Positions 17,880 through 31,405 of a stretch of 64,000 bases of DNA are shown one piece after another (the stretch's first letter is position 1; each line of letters starts with the position of its first letter). Below the pieces are notes generated by a model, which searched no databases, was not told where the DNA came from, and saw nothing but the letters and a program-made list of their open reading frames with translations. The DNA lies in NCBI GenBank assembly GCA_964016885.1, contig OZ024748.1, positions 53,196,001-53,260,000 on the forward strand, read 5' to 3'. This DNA comes from Eledone cirrhosa. Taxonomy: Eukaryota. The position numbers and the translations under genes are program-made.

Positions 17880-20800
17880 GCACTATATTACACTGTGTTA
17901 CACTGTATTACACTGTTACACTGTATTACACTGTTGCACTACATTACACTGTATTACACTACATTACACTGTTGCACTACATTAGACTGTGTTGCACTAC
18001 ATTACACTGTACTGTACTACATTACACTGTTGCACTACATTACACTGTTGTATTACATTACACTGTATTACACTGTACCACACTACACTGTACCACACTA
18101 CACTGTATTACACTATATTCTACAGACCACAGTAATACACCACTACATAACACTGTACCACACTACACTGTATTACACTGTACCACACTACACTGTATTA
18201 CACTGTACCACACTACACTGTACCACACTACACTGTACCACACTACACTGTATTACACTGTACCACACTACACTGTACCACACTACACTGTATTACACTG
18301 TACCACACTACACTGTACCACACTACACTGTATTACACTGTACCACACTACACTGTACCACACTACACTGTACCACACTACACTGTATTACACTATATTC
18401 TACAGAACACTGTGATACACCACTACATAACACTGTACCACACTACACTATATTCTACAGAACACAGTAATACACCACTACATAACACTGTACCACACTA
18501 CACTGTATTACACTATTCTACAGAACACTGTGATACACCACTACATAACACTGTACCACACTACACTGTATTACACTATATTCTACAGACCACAGTAATA
18601 CACCACTACATAACACTGTACCACACTACACTGTATTACACTATATTCTACAGAACACTGTGATACACCACTACATAACACTGTACCACACTACACTGTA
18701 TTACACTATATTCTACAGACCACAGTAATACACCACTACATAACACTGTACCACACTACACTGTATTACACTGTACCACACTACACTGTACCACACTACA
18801 CTGTATTACACTATATTCTACAGAACACAGTAATACACCACTACATAACACTGTACCACACTACACTGTATTACACTATTCTACAGAACACTGTGATACA
18901 CCACTACATAACACTGTACCACACTACACTGTATTACACTATATTCTACAGACCACAGTAATACACCACTACATAACACTGTACCACACTACACTGTATT
19001 ACACTATATTCTACAGAACACAGTAATACACCACTACATAACACTGTACCACACTACACTGTATTACACTGTACCACACTACACTGTACCACACTACACT
19101 GTACCACACTACACTGTATTACACTATATTCTACAGAACACTGTGATACACCACTACATAACACTGTACCACACTACACTGTATTACACTGTACCACACT
19201 ACACTGTACCACACTACACTGTATTACACTATATTCTACAGACCACAGTAATACACCACTACATAACACTGTACCACACTACACTGTATTACACTGTACC
19301 ACACTACACTGTACCAGACTACACTGTATTACACTATATTCTACAGACCACAGTAATACACCACTACATAACACTGTACCACACTACACTGTATTACACT
19401 GTACCACACTACACTGTACCACACTACACTGTATTACACTATATTCTACAGAACACAGTAATACACCACTACATAACACTGTACCACACTACACTGTATT
19501 ACACTATATTCTACAGAACACAGTAATACACCACTACATAACACTGTACCACACTACACTGTATTACACTATTCTACAGACCACTGTGATACACCACTAC
19601 ATAACACTGTACCACACTACACTGTATTACACTATATTCTACAGAACACTGTGATACACCACTACATAACACTGTACCACACTACACTGTATTACACTAT
19701 ATTCTACAGAACACTGTGATACACCACTACATAACACTGTACCACACTACACTGTATTACACTATATTCTACAGAACACTGTGATACACCACTACATAAC
19801 ACTGTACCACACTACACTGTATTACACTATATTCTACAGACCACTGTGATACACCACTACATAACACTGTACCACACTACACTGTATTACACTATATTCT
19901 ACAGAACACTGTGATACACCACTACATAACACTGTACCACACTACACTGTATTACACTATATTCTACAGAACACAGTAATACACCACTACATAACACTGT
20001 ACCACACTACACTGTATTACATTATTCTACAGACCACTGTGATACACCACTACATAACACTGTACCACACTACACTGTATTACACTATATTCTACAGAAC
20101 ACTGTGATACACCACTACATAACACTGTACCACACTACACTGTATTACACTATATTCTACAGAACACAGTAATACACCACTACATAACACTGTACCACAC
20201 TACACTGTATTACACTATATTCTACAGAACACAGTAATACACCACTACATAACACTGTACCACACTACACTGTATTACACTATTCTACAGACCACTGTGA
20301 TACACCACTACATAACACTGTACCACACTACACTGTATTACACTATATTCTACAGAACACTGTGATACACCACTACATAACACTGTACCACACTACACTG
20401 TATTACACTATATTGTACAGAACACAGTAATACACCACTACATAACACTGTACCACACTACACTGTATTACACTATATTCTACAGAACACAGTAATACAC
20501 CACTACATAACACTGTACCACACTACACTGTATTACACTATATTCTACAGAACACTGTGATACACCACTACATAACACTGTACCACACTACACTGTATTA
20601 CACTATATTCTACAGAACACTGTGATACACCACTACATAACACTGTACCACACTACACTGTATTACACTATATTCTACAGAACACTGTGATACACCACTA
20701 CATAACACTGTACCACACTACACTGTATTACACTATATTCTACAGACCACTGTGATACACCACTACATAACACTGTACCACACTACACTGTATTACACTA

Positions 20801-21345
20801 TATTCTACAGAACACTGTGATACACCACTACATAACACTGTACCACACTACACTGTATTACACTATATTCTACAGAACACTGTGATACACCACTACATAA
20901 CACTGTACCACACTACACTATATTCTACAGAACACTGTGATACACCACTACATAACACTGTACCACACTACACTGTATTACACTATATTCTACAGAACAC
21001 TGTGATACACCACTACATAACACTGTACCACACTACACTGTATTACACTATATTCTACAGACCACTGTGATACACCACTACATAACACTGTACCACACTA
21101 CACTGTATTACACTATAGTCTACAGAACACTGTGATACACCACTACATAACACTGTACCACACTACACTGTATTACACTATATTCTACAGAACACTGTGA
21201 TACACCACTACATAACACTGTACCACACTACACTATATTCTACAGAACACTGTGATACACCACTACATAACACTGTACCACACTACACTGTATTACACTA
21301 TATTCTACAGAACACTGTGATACACCACTACATAACACTACTTTA
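17880..21345. repeat. Pentamer-derived satellite maturing into a 65-bp unit (~3.4 kb)
   Basis: Unit acactgtgatacaccactacataacactgtaccacactacactgtattacactatattctacaga; a period of 65 is seen between 20581 and 20646. Confidence 0.95.
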
Positions 21346-21708
21346 CAGAACACTGCATTATACCATATACTGAAAAACATTACAGGACACTACATTGCAA
21401 CACTACCCTAGACTACACCATGACACTAAGTTCCACCACTACCCTAGACTACACCATGACACTAAGTTGCAACACTACACATTTTCTTCTCCTTCTTCTT
21501 CTTCTGAGAGAGAGAACCAGTGCTGGGTTGGTGCTTAGCACAGCTACTTATAATATGACCTTAGAAAAACTGTGTCAGAAAAAAAGACAGGATGGTCGTA
21601 GAGGATTACGTTTGATCACAAGGCTGGTCAGTCAGGACTAACCAAGGACTAACCAATAACATTTACCCATTCAACATTTTTTCAAATATCGGTACAAGTT
21701 CAGCATTT

Positions 21709-22175
21709 TGTGAGAAGGTGAAAGTTGATTATATCGACACCATTATTTAACTGGTACTTCATATTATCGACCCCAGAAGGAAGAAAGGCAAAGATGACAT
21801 TAGCGGGATTTGGACTTAGAACGTAAAGAGTCAGATCAAATATATAAATTGATTCCAGTACTTGATTGGTACTTAATTTATCGACCCCCATAAGGAAGAA
21901 AGGCTAAGTTGACCTCGGCGGGATTTAAACTCAGAACGTAGAAAGTCATAACTAAATATTAGTTTATGATTTAGACACAAGGGCCTGCCATTTGAAGAGA
22001 AGGGAAAAGCCAATTACATCGCCCCCAGTGCGTTACTGGTACTTTATTTTATCGATCCTGTAAGGATAAGAAGCAAAGCTAACCTCGGCGGGATTTGAAC
22101 TCAAAACGTAAAGGAACGTAACTCTATGCCGCAAAACATTGTCTGACGCTCTACTGATTCTTCTGCCAACCCACA
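21709..22175 (-). mobile_element. Cluster of three degenerate SINE family A copies
   Basis: Three repeats of ggtactt..ttatcgacccc..aaggaagaaaggc.aag.tgacctcggcgggattt.aactcagaacgta. Confidence 0.8.
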
Positions 22176-22509
22176 ACCCCCACTCCCCCATTCAAAATAA
22201 CACAACAGGCATCTAATGAATCAGCAAAATCTTTTCAACAATTTCTTAAGCAATAACAACAATGCACAAATATACAAATAAAGTAATGTAGTGACAATAC
22301 CAGCACTACCACCACCGCCACCATCACCACCACCGGCATTACCACCACTACCGCCATCATCAACACCGCTACCACCATCACCAGCAGCGCTACCACCATC
22401 ACCACCACCAACATCATCACCACCAGCCACCACACCACCACCATCAAGATTATCATGATCACCAACAAAATCCATGCCACCACAAATCACACCACCACCA
22501 CCACCATCA

Positions 22510-22830
22510 TTACCAATCACAGCACCAGCGTTGCCTATACCACCACCACCACCAAACACAGCACCAGCGTTGCCTATACCACCACCACCACCGCCACCAA
22601 TCACAGCACCAGCGTTGCCTATACCACCGCCACCGCCACCACCACCAATCACAGCACCAGCGTTGCCTATACCACCACCACCACCACCACCACCACCACC
22701 ACCGCCACCAATCACAGCACCAGCGTTGCCTATACCACCACCACCACCACCGCCACCAATAACAGCACCAGCGTTGCCTATACCACCACCACCACCACCA
22801 TCACCACCAATCACAGCACCAGCATCGCCT
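22510..22830. repeat. Minisatellite with a constant core and a variable (ACC)n spacer, ~7 copies
   Basis: Core accaatcacagcaccagcgttgcctat separated by ACC/GCC runs of different lengths. Confidence 0.9.
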
Positions 22831-23265
22831 GAGCCGTCGCCACCAACACCAACAGTACAATAAAACAAACTGCAAAAAAAAAAAAATTACAAAACAAAAA
22901 AAGATACAAAAAAAAACAATTCTCAAACAAGAATTAAAATTAAACACAAATTAAATAAAATTAAAAATAAAATTTAAATCAAAATTTAAATCAAAATTGA
23001 AATCACAATATATATTCTGTTCTCTATTCAAAATAATATTTTATGTTGTCAATCAAAAATTTATTCAGCTGGCCAATTCCCATTTCCATGTTGTAATTTC
23101 TTATTTAATTTTAATGAAGTGTCGTGGTGTGTTGGTTGGTTGCCTGGTTAGTTAGATGGCTGGCTAGATGGCTAGTGTCTATTCATTGGTAACTCATTGT
23201 AACTTAGCTTTCCTAATTAATTGTTCTAATTTTATGAGGCAAAGGAAAATGAATTTCGAAAAAGT

Positions 23266-23339
<74 letters not shown>

Positions 23340-23851
23340 TATGAGAACGTGTTAATATATATATATATATGCATATATGTGTGAGTGCGTGTGTTTGTAT
23401 GTATGTATATATATATATATATATATGTGTGTGTGAGTATGTGTATATGTGTGTGTATGTATATATATATGTGTATGTATGTGTGTGTATGTATATATAT
23501 ATGTGTATGTATGTGTGCGTATGTGTATATATATATATGTATATATGTGTGTGTGTGTGTGTGTATGTATGTGTGTGTGTATATATATATATAGGGAGAG
23601 AGAGAGAGAGATAGTTGTTTGAGCAAGAGGAATATGACAAAGAAGAGTAGCACTCAATACTATAGAAATAGAAGTATTTTCTCAGTGACAGTACTGTATA
23701 ATTGTAAATACAAAACACTATATTTGGTTCTGGCATTGTCCGGTATATGCGTGGTTTCTATTTCTCTCCTAGCTTTTCTGTCTCTTGTATCTCTGTTAGT
23801 TTATGTATGTTGACGACATAAACAAACATCCAGTGTTTAACGTCTCACTCT

Positions 23852-24400
23852 TTAAAGCTTGGTCCACCTCGTGATCCCAGCGGAGGATAGAATGGAGAAG
23901 ATGTTGCCTCGGATTATGGCAATGGAGACACGCTGGAACAGCCATTCCAACTCGTAAGGTTCGCTCATGCGGGTAACCGACTCCGCTTCGATAGCGGTAA
24001 GTAGGGATGTGGCCCGGGGGCCAATAATGTTGGAAGTCTCCATTGCCACAAGTTCAACTAGAAATCTTTCAGAGAGCAACTGCAACTTCGCCATTTTGCC
24101 CTCTATATGTGTCATAATTAAACAGTGTCTGTACTTTATATGAACTCATCTCGCTATTTAAAGGTTAATCTACTCCGTGGTCCCAGTGGTCAGAATAAAG
24201 AAGACTCTGCCCCGGAGGATGGTAAGGAAGACTCGCTGTGAAACAGCCACTCCAACTCGCAAGGCTTGCTCTTACAGGTAATCAACTCCGTCCGATAGCA
24301 GTGAATAGAGATGTGCTCCGGGAGCCAAGAACACAGGAAGTCACCACAACCAGTCTCGACAACAGACTTATCAGAATATGGCCGATACTTCAACAGTGTC
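23852..24400 (-). mobile_element. CRE-clade non-LTR retrotransposon C-terminal RLE fragment, two tandem decayed copies
   Basis: FLVELVAMETSNIIGPRATSLL...ELEWLFQRVSIAIIRGNIFSIL resembles the CRE-type P.A.ET.G..G...FLFQR.S.AI.RGN motif. A second copy (ELEWLFH) lies at 24190-24400. Confidence 0.7.
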
Positions 24401-24497
24401 TCTTGTCAGGGAAGTTCTCGTAGTGTTATTTCTATCGCATAGTCCACTGAACTAGTTGACATGTTATTAACTAAATAGCGGATCCCTGTCTTTAATA

Positions 24498-24687
24498 ATT
24501 GTTTCTACTTTTTGGCACAAGGCCAGCAATTATCCCAGTGTATTACTGGTACTTTATTTTATCGACCCCGTAAGGATGAAAGGCAAAGTTAACCTCGGCG
24601 GGATTTGAACTCAGTCCGTAAAGGGAAGTAACTTTTTGCTGCAAAGCATGGCGTCCGACCCTCTACCGATACTGCCAATCCACCGCC
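24498..24687 (-). mobile_element. Full-length SINE family A with ~14-bp target-site duplication
   Basis: Complete head-to-tail copy; flanks ctgtctttaataat (24486-24499) and ctgtcttgaataat (24688-24701). Confidence 0.9.
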
Positions 24688-24770
24688 CTGTCTTGAATAA
24701 TGTCGGCAATAGCGTTAAACATACTTCATATTTAATCTTTGGGGTCCATGCGTCTGTGCATATATATGTA

Positions 24771-24965
24771 CAAGGGTGTGCTGAAAACTTCATAAAGCCG
24801 ACTACGAAGGGGGGATGCTAGAGCTGTGAAATCTTGCATGCATTAATTTCAACATATCTTATTAATAACTGCATTGCTTCTTTCCAGGAACTATGTTGAA
24901 AAATAAACCTCATTTGGTCATTCCATGAGAGTATCTTGGTCAGACTAGGAACATTTCCGCCGACC
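24771..24965 (+). mobile_element. Mariner-type MITE
   Basis: caagggtgtgctgaaaacttc ... ggaacatttccgccgacc imperfect inverted ends; homologous to 1-300. Confidence 0.6.
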
Positions 24966-24991
24966 ATTATGTGTATGTATATATATATATA

Positions 24992-25893
24992 CGAGGTGTC
25001 AGAAAAGTTCCAGGACTGATGTCACAAAAGATTTATTTCAAACCCAAATTTCACACTAAGAGTTTTCTCCTTCAAAGTAATCCCCCTGGAGCCTAATGCA
25101 CTTTTCCATCCTTTTCTGCCACGCTTGCATGCACTCCTGGAAGGATTCTTCCGGGATCCTCCGCAGTTCCGTCGTCATGGCTTTCTTGATGTCGTGTCGT
25201 CCACGTCTTCAAAACGGGCCCCCTCCGGGTCGTACTCGAAGATCCATGACTCATCACCGGCGATGACTGTCCCTAACAAGACTGGTTCGGTTTTAAGATG
25301 CTTGAAGATGTCCTGGCACACTTGCATGCGTCGACCCTTCTGGTCATCGTTCAGCAGTTTTGGCACCATCCTCGCGCAGACTTTCTGCATGTCCAAATCT
25401 TCAGTGAGAATCTTCCAGACGCTGTCCCGAATCATGCCCAGCTCATTTGCCATCAGTCGAACAGTCAGCCGACGATCGCTACGCACCATCTGCCTGACGC
25501 GCTCAACGTTGACCTCAGTCCTGGTTGTTGAGGGCCTTCCGCTCCTGGAGTCATCTTCCACGTCCTCGCGTCCTTCTTTAAACCTCTTGTACCACTCAAA
25601 AACACGTGAGCGTGACATCGTCTCATCTCCATACACTTGCTGCAGCGGGGTTTTCCCCAACCGTACCAGAAACTTCAAGTTTGTTCGTTGCTCTGTGCTC
25701 ATTGCTTGACGACCTGAAACAGAGGACATGTATATAAAATTATGAAGAAAAAAGTTTGATCGCTGCAGAGAGCTAAGATTACAGTTACATACTCCAGGGG
25801 GATTACTTTGAAGGAGAAAACTTTTAGTGTGAAGTTTGGGTTTGAAATAAATCTTTTGTGACATCAGTCCTGGAACTTTCCTGACACACTTCG
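24992..25893 (-). mobile_element. Internally deleted mariner (Tc1/mariner) transposon with ~100-bp terminal inverted repeats, inserted in (TA)n
   Basis: TA|cgaggtgtcagaaaagttccaggactgatgtcacaaaagatttatttcaaacccaaa...ctggag is mirrored at 25792-25893; the element contains a transposase remnant. Confidence 0.92.
25056..25702 (-). pseudogene. Mariner transposase pseudogene (HTH domains, WVP-like linker, first catalytic D; central DD34D region deleted)
   Basis: MSTEQRTNLKFLVRLGK..VFEWYKRFKEGREDVEDDSRSGRP..VCARMVPKLL..GDESWIFEYDPE is fused to GARFEDVDD, then a frameshifted C-terminus FQECMQAWQKRMEKCIRLQGDYFEGENS*. Confidence 0.9.
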
Positions 25894-25999
25894 TATATAT
25901 ATATATATGCATATACATATACAGGGTGTCTGCCCAAAATTGACATCATTGGATATGTTATCAGACTACGAAACTGTCAAAGTTTGGAGGGAAATCCTG

Positions 26000-26440
26000 T
26001 ATATTAGTCATTTATCGTTCATCAGTTATGTCACTTATCGATTTGTTCATCAGCTATCAGTCACTTATCGATCTTTTCATCAGTTAACAGTCACCTTATC
26101 GTTCTGTTCGTCAGTTATCAGTTACTTATCGATCTGTTCATTAGTTATCAGTCACTTATCGATTTGTTAATGAGCTATCAGTCATTTATCGATCTTTCCA
26201 TCAGTTATCTGTCACCTATCGATTTGTTCATCAGCTATTAGTCACTTATCGATCTGTTCATCAACTATCAGTCATTTATCGAACTATTCATCAGTCATTA
26301 ATCACGTATCGATCTGTTCATCACTCATCAATCACGCATCGATCTGTTCATCAATCACGTATAGATCTGTTCATCTGTTATGTCACTTATCGATTTGTTG
26401 AGTTATCAATCACTTATCGATTTGTTCATCAGTTATGTCA
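26000..26440. repeat. Degenerate ~30-bp minisatellite
   Basis: Unit approximately cacttatcgatctgttcatcagttatcagt. Confidence 0.9.
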
Positions 26441-26531
26441 CAAGTGTCATCACCTATTATGTACCCTTAGATTGATCAATGCTTTGTGAGTGATATTTAG
26501 ATGACTTAATTCGCAGAAGTCTGACGTGTAC

Positions 26532-26575
<44 letters not shown>

Positions 26576-26664
26576 TCGTACGTACACAGTACCCATGTTT
26601 ATGATAATAATTTTCTAACGTCTTCTATTGAGACGTTGGTAAAAGGTCCCTAGACATATATTGC

Positions 26665-27350
26665 ACTGATGTATTCTTTCAGACATTCCAGTGTTGGATT
26701 TAGGACAAATGAGGCCCTGTGCTAATTATGTTATGAGGCCCCAAACGTTTGAAAAATTCATCGTAAACAATTTTTGAGGGCAGGAAGATGGGCGTCCCTG
26801 GCCAACTGGGCTCTGTGCTTAAGAACACCTAAGCAGAATGGTAAATCTGACATTGGTCATTACCCAAGTTTCATGATCATAGATAAGGGTTGGTACGAAT
26901 ACAGAAATGAAGATAGCGAATCTTCTGATTACCGAATGCTGAAGCTGGCACATTACTGTACCAGCTCTTGCAAATCTTGTGCACTTAATTCATCCTTCTG
27001 TCTTCCATCACTCGTGAACACGGTCCAGACTCTGGAGAAACGTTACTTGATAGTCGCTCCAAAAATAGCTGCTACTTCTCCGAATTCAGAGATCACAGCT
27101 CCGATATTACGAGCATGTGGTTAGAATGCTCAGGAAAAAATCCCTGAACAGATTTTACGGGCAAAAACTAACCTGTAGAAGACCCAAGGGGTAAACATCG
27201 AGCAAGATGGATGGATAACATCCATGAGCTAGGCTGGTTTCGCTTGGATCAGTTGGAGACGGTTGCTTCTGACAGGATCCGCTGGCAGGAGAGTATGGGG
27301 ACTCTGCCACCACGACCCTCTCAAGAATAAGTGGACAACGAAGAAGATTC
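26665..27350. mobile_element. RTE-clade LINE 3' fragment with an inverted 5' segment
   Basis: Minus strand ~27050 to 26665 encodes VFTSDGRQKDE..AGTVMCQLQHSVIR..VFVPTLIYDHETWVM..ERI. Plus strand ~27065-27330 encodes LLLRIQRSQLRYYEHVVRM..ARWMDNIHELGW..LETVASDRIRW..LPPRPSQE*. Confidence 0.75.
26689..26855. mobile_element. hAT-like MITE nested in the RTE fragment
   Basis: Inverted ends cagtgttggattta / taaatctgacattg, internal gaggcccc motifs, and a degenerate duplication gacattc / gtcattac. Confidence 0.55.
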
Positions 27351-27502
27351 TGGTAGGGTTGCCAGCTTTGTTAGTTTCGAGGAATTCGTAATATGATTGT
27401 ATATTATACTATCACTCCATTAAGGGTCCCTTACTGGCTTACATATATATAAGCCAGTAAGACTTGTATGTGTGTATATATATGTGTGTGTATATATATA
27501 TA

Positions 27503-27717
27503 TATTGTTACACTTTGGGGAGGTCATGTTGGCAATAAGAAACAGAAACACACGCACCAGTTGCTTTCACTCCAATTTATTATAAATTTAAAAAGAAAAA
27601 TTTTTTTTTTTTTAAACATTTATAAATTTCCAGTTGGTTGGTTGGTTCCACAACCAGACGGTTGTTCATATATTGTCAAAGTTCTTTCGTCACACATTCT
27701 GTGACCTCTTCAGTGAC
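27503..27717 (-). mobile_element. Penelope-like element terminus (family P1) with minimal hammerhead at 27675-27717
   Basis: Begins at (TA)n with tattgttacactttggggaggtcat, shared with 37081 and 60901. Minus strand reads guca-CUGAAGA-g-gucac-agaaugu-gugac-GAAAG-aa-CUU-ugac. Confidence 0.65.
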
Positions 27718-27752
27718 TGAAGAATATATATATATATATATTTATTTATTTA

Positions 27753-28058
27753 GGTGAAGGTGCATGGCTTAGGGGTTAGAGCATTGGGCTTGCAATCGAA
27801 AAGTTGTGAGTTCGATTCTCTCACTGGGTGATGCGTTGTGTACTTCAACAAGTCCCTTTATTTCACATTGCTCCAGTTTACTCAGCTGCAAAAACGATCG
27901 GCCATAGCCTTTCCCTTGGACATCATCGGTGGGGTGGAGAGCGGAGGCTGGTATGCATGAGCGACTGTTGGTCTTCCTCAAACAACCTTGCCCAGACTTA
28001 TGCCTCTGAGGGAAACGTTCTAGGGGCAAATCACATGGTCATTTGTGAAGAGGGTCTT
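27753..28058 (+). mobile_element. tRNA-derived SINE family B
   Basis: A-box catggcttaggggttagagc, B-box gagttcgattct, core ctttatttcacattgctccagtttactcagctg. Confidence 0.75.
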
Positions 28059-28132
28059 CGATATATTTAGGAATTGTAATGTCCAGTTACTGGTTCACCA
28101 AAGTGAGCACTCGATGTGTAGTTTCCAGTAGG

Positions 28133-28197
<65 letters not shown>

Positions 28198-28199
<2 letters not shown>

Positions 28200-28720
28200 G
28201 CGAGAATCGCATTTCGGCGGGTAGAAATTAGCGAAACGCAACTTCCATATTGTGCAGACAAGCGCTCCATGGATATGAAGAAGAAGAAACCAGAGCTATA
28301 AACATAAGTTAAAATGGTCATACACGCTGAGACGATGGTTAAGAAGCCATTAACCACCATAGCCAAAAAAGCGAACAAGCTAAACAAAATGAGATATGAT
28401 TGAAATATTTTCCCGGACCCTCGGGGAAGATGGAATACTCCGAAATTGGGTTTCTGCAACACCTAAATCAATAATACTGTCTGCTTATAAAAAAATAAGC
28501 TTTTGGTATAATGATCGAACAAGGCATCGCTTTTTCAACAGGTTTTTGTTCTTCTTGCGCCAGAATCTTGCAGGTTATGAAAGCACGTGTGAGGTTCTAA
28601 GGGGAGAAAACCCCTATTTTGGCCAGTGAATTCAGCATGTGTAGTTATTGCAAACATTTGCAAAAACCGCACAAAACGAATTAAGCTCTCTACCGAGTTG
28701 TTTTTAAAATAAACTTAAGC
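28198..28720. mobile_element. Unclassified dispersed repeat (second copy at 60638-60850)
   Basis: agcgagaatcgcatttcg.cgggtagaaa..agcgaaacg...aagcgctccatgg...aagaagccattaaccacc occurs twice, both beside (TA)n-rich DNA. Confidence 0.6.
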
Positions 28721-28750
28721 GATTAATCATATATATATATATATATATAT

Positions 28751-28936
28751 AATTGTTTCTACTTTTCGCACAAGGCCAGCAATAATTACAGTACATTACT
28801 GGTACTTTATTTTATCGACCCCGTAATAATGAAAGGCAAAGTTAACCTCGGCGGGATTTGAACTCAGGCCACAAAGGGCCGTAACTCTTTGCTGCAAAGT
28901 ATGGCGTCCGACCCTCTACCGATATAGCCAATCCAC
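28751..28936 (-). mobile_element. SINE family A
   Basis: Near-complete match to 24498-24687. Confidence 0.9.
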
Positions 28937-29124
28937 AGTGATTCTGTTTGTATATGTACGTATGTATATTCTAGTGTATGAAGATGTGCACATATTTGTG
29001 TGCGAATTTAATATGTAAGGAGCCACGTGTGATTATATTTCTGTTTCTATCTAGATGTAGAGATGAAAGTGGAAATGTGTATTTCCGTGTATACATTTAT
29101 ATATATATAGGTACAAATATATAT

Positions 29125-29169
<45 letters not shown>

Positions 29170-29184
29170 GGTACAAATATATAT

Positions 29185-29251
<67 letters not shown>

Positions 29252-29472
29252 GTACAAATATATATATACAAATATATATATATATATAAATGTACAAATA
29301 TATATGTACATATATATATATATATGGTAAATACATAAATATGCGTAATGACTATATATATACTGATTTATAATCTGGTATTAATTTATTTTATCGGTGT
29401 GTGTGAATGTATGTAGGGTAGGGGAGGTATATATTTCTTTTCACTAATTCCTCAACAGAAATATAAACATTA

Positions 29473-29521
<49 letters not shown>

Positions 29522-29763
29522 TTGTATGCGTGCGCAGGCTACCCATTAGACGCACACACACACATGTATAGATGTGTGTGTGTGTATATATATATATATG
29601 TGTGTGTGTGTGCGTGTATATGTACATAGATATGTATATATGTGTATATACATATATATGTGTATATACTTATATATGTACATAGATATGTATATATGTG
29701 TATATACATATATATGTACATAGATATGTATATGTATGTATATACATATATATATATATATAC

Positions 29764-29801
<38 letters not shown>

Positions 29802-29939
29802 CTGTCCACACACATATATTTGATATATGTGACTAATTAAATATATATGTATCTAAACACGTGTACAGCATAATATGTTAATTATCTATGCATGCAGACT
29901 AATATAATAATTACACACACAAGCTTCATTCACTCACAG

Positions 29940-30041
<102 letters not shown>

Positions 30042-30265
30042 TATTAGAAATGTGTGACCAATTAAATGCGTATGTATCTAAACACATAGCTACTACATGA
30101 TATGTTAATTACTCATACATGCAAAGTAATATAATAATTATAATATATATATACATGTGTGTGTGTGTGTGTGTGCGTGTGCGTGTGAATGTATGTATGA
30201 GGTGGTACTCCAGCATGGCTGCAAACTAATGACTGGAACCACTAATGGAATAAGTATATATATAT

Positions 30266-30299
<34 letters not shown>

Positions 30300-30333
30300 T
30301 ATATATATATACACACAAATACATATATACACG

Positions 30334-30371
<38 letters not shown>

Positions 30372-30388
30372 CACATACACACACACAC

Positions 30389-30437
<49 letters not shown>

Positions 30438-30650
30438 CATATATATATATGTATATATATACATGTATATATATACATATATATATATACATATATATAT
30501 AGTGAAATATAAAGACAATGAAAATGGGGCCTAGGATTAGGATGGAAGGACGTCTATATATATGTATATATATATATGTATATATATATATATGTATATA
30601 CACACACTACACCACCCTATCATCCCTCTGCTACTTTCTATCTCTCTCTA

Positions 30651-30681
<31 letters not shown>

Positions 30682-30799
30682 GAGACAACCCCATCCTCCC
30701 TCTACTACTCTATACACACGTCTTTACACCTGTATAATTATATCCTCCGTTAATGGCTATTAATCAAGAATGTTCGACAGGAAATTCGAAAAGTAATTG

Positions 30800-30810
30800 G
30801 TTTCTCTTCG

Positions 30811-30842
<32 letters not shown>

Positions 30843-30874
30843 TTCTCTCTCCCTCTCTCTCTCTCTCGTCTCTT

Positions 30875-30924
<50 letters not shown>

Positions 30925-31314
30925 TTCTCTCTCCCTCTCTCGTCTCTCGTCTCTTTCTCTCTCCCTCTCTCGTCTCTTTCTCTCCCCCTCTCGTCTCTTT
31001 CTCTCTCCCTCTCTCGTGTCTTTCTCTCTCCCTCTCTCGTCTCTTTCTCTCTCCCTCTCTCTCTCTCTCGTCTCTTTCTCTCTCCCTCTCTCCCTCTCTC
31101 TCTCTCCCTCTCTCTCTCTCTCTCTCGTCTCTTTCTCTCTCGTCTCTTTCTCTCTCCCTCTCTCGTCTCTCGTCTCTTTCTCTCTCCCTCTCTCGTCTCT
31201 TTCTCTCTCCCTCTCTCGTCTCTTTCTCTCTCCCTCTCTCGTCTCTTTCCCCTCTCTCGTCTCTCGTCTCTTTCCCTCTCTCGTCTCTCGTCTCTTTCTC
31301 TCTCCCTCTCTCCC

Positions 31315-31405
<91 letters not shown>

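Noticed and set aside
22510-22830. Repeat-spacer layout resembling a CRISPR array
   Set aside because: Spacers are only (ACC)n length variants, the context is eukaryotic, and there are no cas genes.
28071-28130. AG...GT-bounded 60-bp segment
   Set aside because: Weak polypyrimidine tract and an unrecognised peptide; likely chance.
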